This document shows, piece after piece, positions 56,505 through 58,909 of a DNA stretch of 58,909 bases. The notes under the pieces are model-generated. The model saw nothing but the letters and a program-made list of their open reading frames with translations. It searched no databases and was not told where the DNA came from. Numbering within the stretch: the first letter of the stretch is position 1; every line of letters starts with the position of its first letter. A program made the translations under genes and the position numbers. The DNA comes from Fidelibacterota bacterium (GTDB lineage: Bacteria > Fidelibacterota > Marinisomatia > Marinisomatales > TCS55): positions 1-58,909 of the forward strand of contig JBHHTW010000012.1 in assembly GCA_046861385.1 (NCBI GenBank), in the 5' to 3' direction.

Positions 56505-58909
56505 TTACACTCCTATTGGAATATTTTTTATCGATTCTTTCTTCTTTGCTTTTTTCTGCTTTTTTGCTTCTAATTTTTCTCGGTCTTCCTTTAATACTTT
56601 CATGGTGTGTTCAATTTCCTCTTGGGTCACCTGGGATCTCATTTTTTCCAGGTCTTTCATCGTATTCGCCCATTTTTGTCCTTGTGCAGCGCTGATCCAT
56701 TCCAGTTGCAAACGTTCGGGACGAATACCAAGACGTTCCATTTTGTCCCAGAGTTTATCCACACGTTTCACTGTCCACCGATTGGCATCAATATAGTGGC
56801 AGTCAGCAAAATGGCATCCACTGACCAATAAAATGGGTGCGCCTTTCTCAAATGCATGTAGAACGAATTTGGAATCGACACGTCCACTACACATCGTTTT
56901 AATTACTCTCTGGGAAGTTGAGTACTGCATCCGCGATAATCCAGCTAGATCAGCAGCACCGTAAGAGCACCAATTGCAGGCAAAAACAACAACTTTTTCA
57001 GATGGATTGTCACTGGTAATGGCATCGATCTGGGAGATGATTTGTTCATCCTCAAAATGCTTCATCATAAGAGCCTCAAAGTTGCACTCTGCGGCACAGG
57101 TACCGCATCCCTGACATGCTGCTTCTACAATTTCTACAGGAATTTTCAATTTTGCATCGCCACCGGTGATGGCATGAAAGGGACAGACCTTAACACATAC
57201 CTGGCAACCGGTACACAAATCTGTTAATACCTGTGATGTTATGGCCTCTACATTAATTTTTCCTGCATTCAGTAGGATTTGTGCCCGAGCGGCTGCGGCG
57301 CTGGCTTGGGTTACGCTATCTTTTACGTCTTTTGGAGATTCAGCACATCCTGCTAAAAAGACACCACCCGTTGCTGCATCTACTGGCTTGAGTTTAGGAT
57401 GAGATTCCATGAAAAATCCATCCGTAGTAGTAGACAGGGTCAACATCCTTTGAATCATGTCACCATCCCTCCGGGGAATAACTCCAACGGAAAGTACCAC
57501 CATATCAAACTCAAAATCGGTAACTGTATTTGCAACTGTATCCTCTACCAGCATAGACAGGTTTTTTGTCTTTGGATCTTCGAATATTTCACCAGGTAAT
57601 CCACGAATATATCGAACTCCAGCTTGTTTACTCCGCTGATACAGATCTTCAAATCCTTTACCAAATGCACGGATATCCATGTAGAAGACAGTGATTTCTG
57701 TACCCGGGTAATGATCCATAAGCAGGAGACTGTCTTTGATAGTATTCATACAGCAAATGTTGCTGCAGTAGGGGTTACCAGTAGGTGAGTTAGAACGGGA
57801 TCCTACACACTGAATAAATGCAATCCGTTTAGGCGTTTTTCTATCAGTTGGACGGATAAAATGTCCCTCTGTTGGACCTCCGGAAGAAATAAGCCGTTCA
57901 AATTCCATACTGGTTATTACATTTTCATATTGGGTATAACCATACTCGTCCATTTCAGTAGGATCGTATACGTCCATACCGGTCGCTGTGATTATTGTAC
58001 CCACATTTAGTGTAATGATTTCATCTTTCATATCGAAATCAATACAGTTTTTTTCGCACACATCCGCGCATTTGCCACACGCAATGGGATTATGTCCAAG
58101 GCAATCCTTGTCATCGAGTATATAGACGGATGGTACTGCTTGAGGAAAAGGCATATATATGGCTTTCCTCGAAGAGAAGCCCTCTTGGAACTTATCTGCT
58201 GCCACTACAGGGCAGACTTTTTCACACTCAGCACAAGCATTGCATTCTTTTTCATCCACATACCGTGCTTTTTTTCTGACAGTAACTTGAAAGTTCCCAA
58301 TATAACCACCGATATTTTCTATTTCGCTATAAGTAAGAAGATTGATTTTAGGATGTCGACCGACATCCATCATTTTCGGTCCGAGTATTCATATGGAACA
58401 ATCCATAGTGGGGTACGTCTTGTCTAACGCGGCCATAAGCCCACCGATGGATGCCTCCTTTTCTATTAAATTAACTTGATACCCTGCATCAGCCAGATCC
58501 AGCGATGCTTGAATGCCTGCCACACCTCCACCAACGACCAAAACTTCCTTTGTGACTGGCAATTCTGTTTCCTCCTGAGGACGTAGATACCGGGTTCTGG
58601 CCACAGAAACTTTAACAATATCCTTTGCTTTCTCTGTGGCACCATCCCAGTCATTCATATGTGCCCAACTGCAATGCTCGCGAATATTTGCCATATCCAT
58701 TAAATACGGATTTAATCCTGCTTCTGCAACACAGTTTCTGAACGTAGGTTCATGCATCCTAGGGGAACATGATGCCACGACAACCCGGTTCAGGTCATAT
58801 TCTTTTATGTATTTTTTTATTTCCTGCTGACCGGGTTCTGCACAAGTATATTTATTAAGAACAGAACAGACTACATCAGGCAATCCTTCCGCAAATTCAC
58901 GAACAGCTT
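56505..58909 (-). CDS. hdrA: Heterodisulfide reductase subunit A fused to MvhD domain; selenoprotein (TGA at 58391-58389); 5' end outside window
   Basis: SCSPRMHE, GGGVAG FAD site, LDKTYPTMDCSI-TGA-ILGPKMMDVGRHP in one frame; ferredoxin motifs; C-terminal CNWCSY/CSGRVD/GCHFADCHY (MvhD). Confidence 0.9.
58351..58368 (-). promoter_or_regulatory. Putative bacterial SECIS hairpin
   Basis: GGAUGUC-GGUC-GACAUCC stem-loop beginning after a 20-nt spacer 3' of the in-frame UGA. Confidence 0.7.

Noticed and set aside
767-58830. Numerous 60-150 aa antisense or nested ORFs in the track
   Set aside because: Shadows of well-supported genes with no motifs or RBS
58389-58883. Separate 164-aa ORF or hdrA nonsense pseudogene
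   Set aside because: The TGA is in frame at a conserved Cys position and followed by a hairpin, so Sec is the better explanation
1-58909. Alternative genetic code with TGA as a sense codon
   Set aside because: Many intact genes end at TGA, including ATGA-coupled junctions

Overview
AT-rich bacterial chromosomal segment. Gene content (T9SS-type C-terminal sorting domain, TonB receptor, DUF3467, DUF2480, fused citDE) suggests the FCB group, possibly Marinimicrobia; this is inference only. From left to right: the 3' end of a trans-sulfuration lyase, a TPMT-type methyltransferase, cysQ, thyX and radC. Next is an unusual operon of CitD-CitE fusion, CitF, atypical HD protein, fungal-type homoaconitase, homoisocitrate dehydrogenase-like enzyme, PrpD-family protein and glutaryl-CoA dehydrogenase-like enzyme, which is a candidate undescribed homocitrate/2-oxoadipate pathway. 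Then come a minus-strand accessory block (DUF3179, PhoD, ACR3 and others), housekeeping genes (coaX, birA, methylmalonyl-CoA mutase), a secreted Ni-SOD, a TonB receptor paired with a T9SS-type protein, etfBA with a membrane Fe-S oxidoreductase, and an AccA-AccD fusion. A complete SUF operon under an IscR-like regulator follows. At the right end, an HdrA-MvhD fusion is split by the ORF caller at an in-frame TGA that is very likely selenocysteine, with a SECIS-like hairpin present. Three stand-alone AAA ATPase genes each carry their own upstream palindromic operator pair, and two four-helix-bundle genes are bracketed by inverted repeats. No rRNA, tRNA, CRISPR array, integrase or transposase was recognised. 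All family calls are from motif recognition, not database searches.
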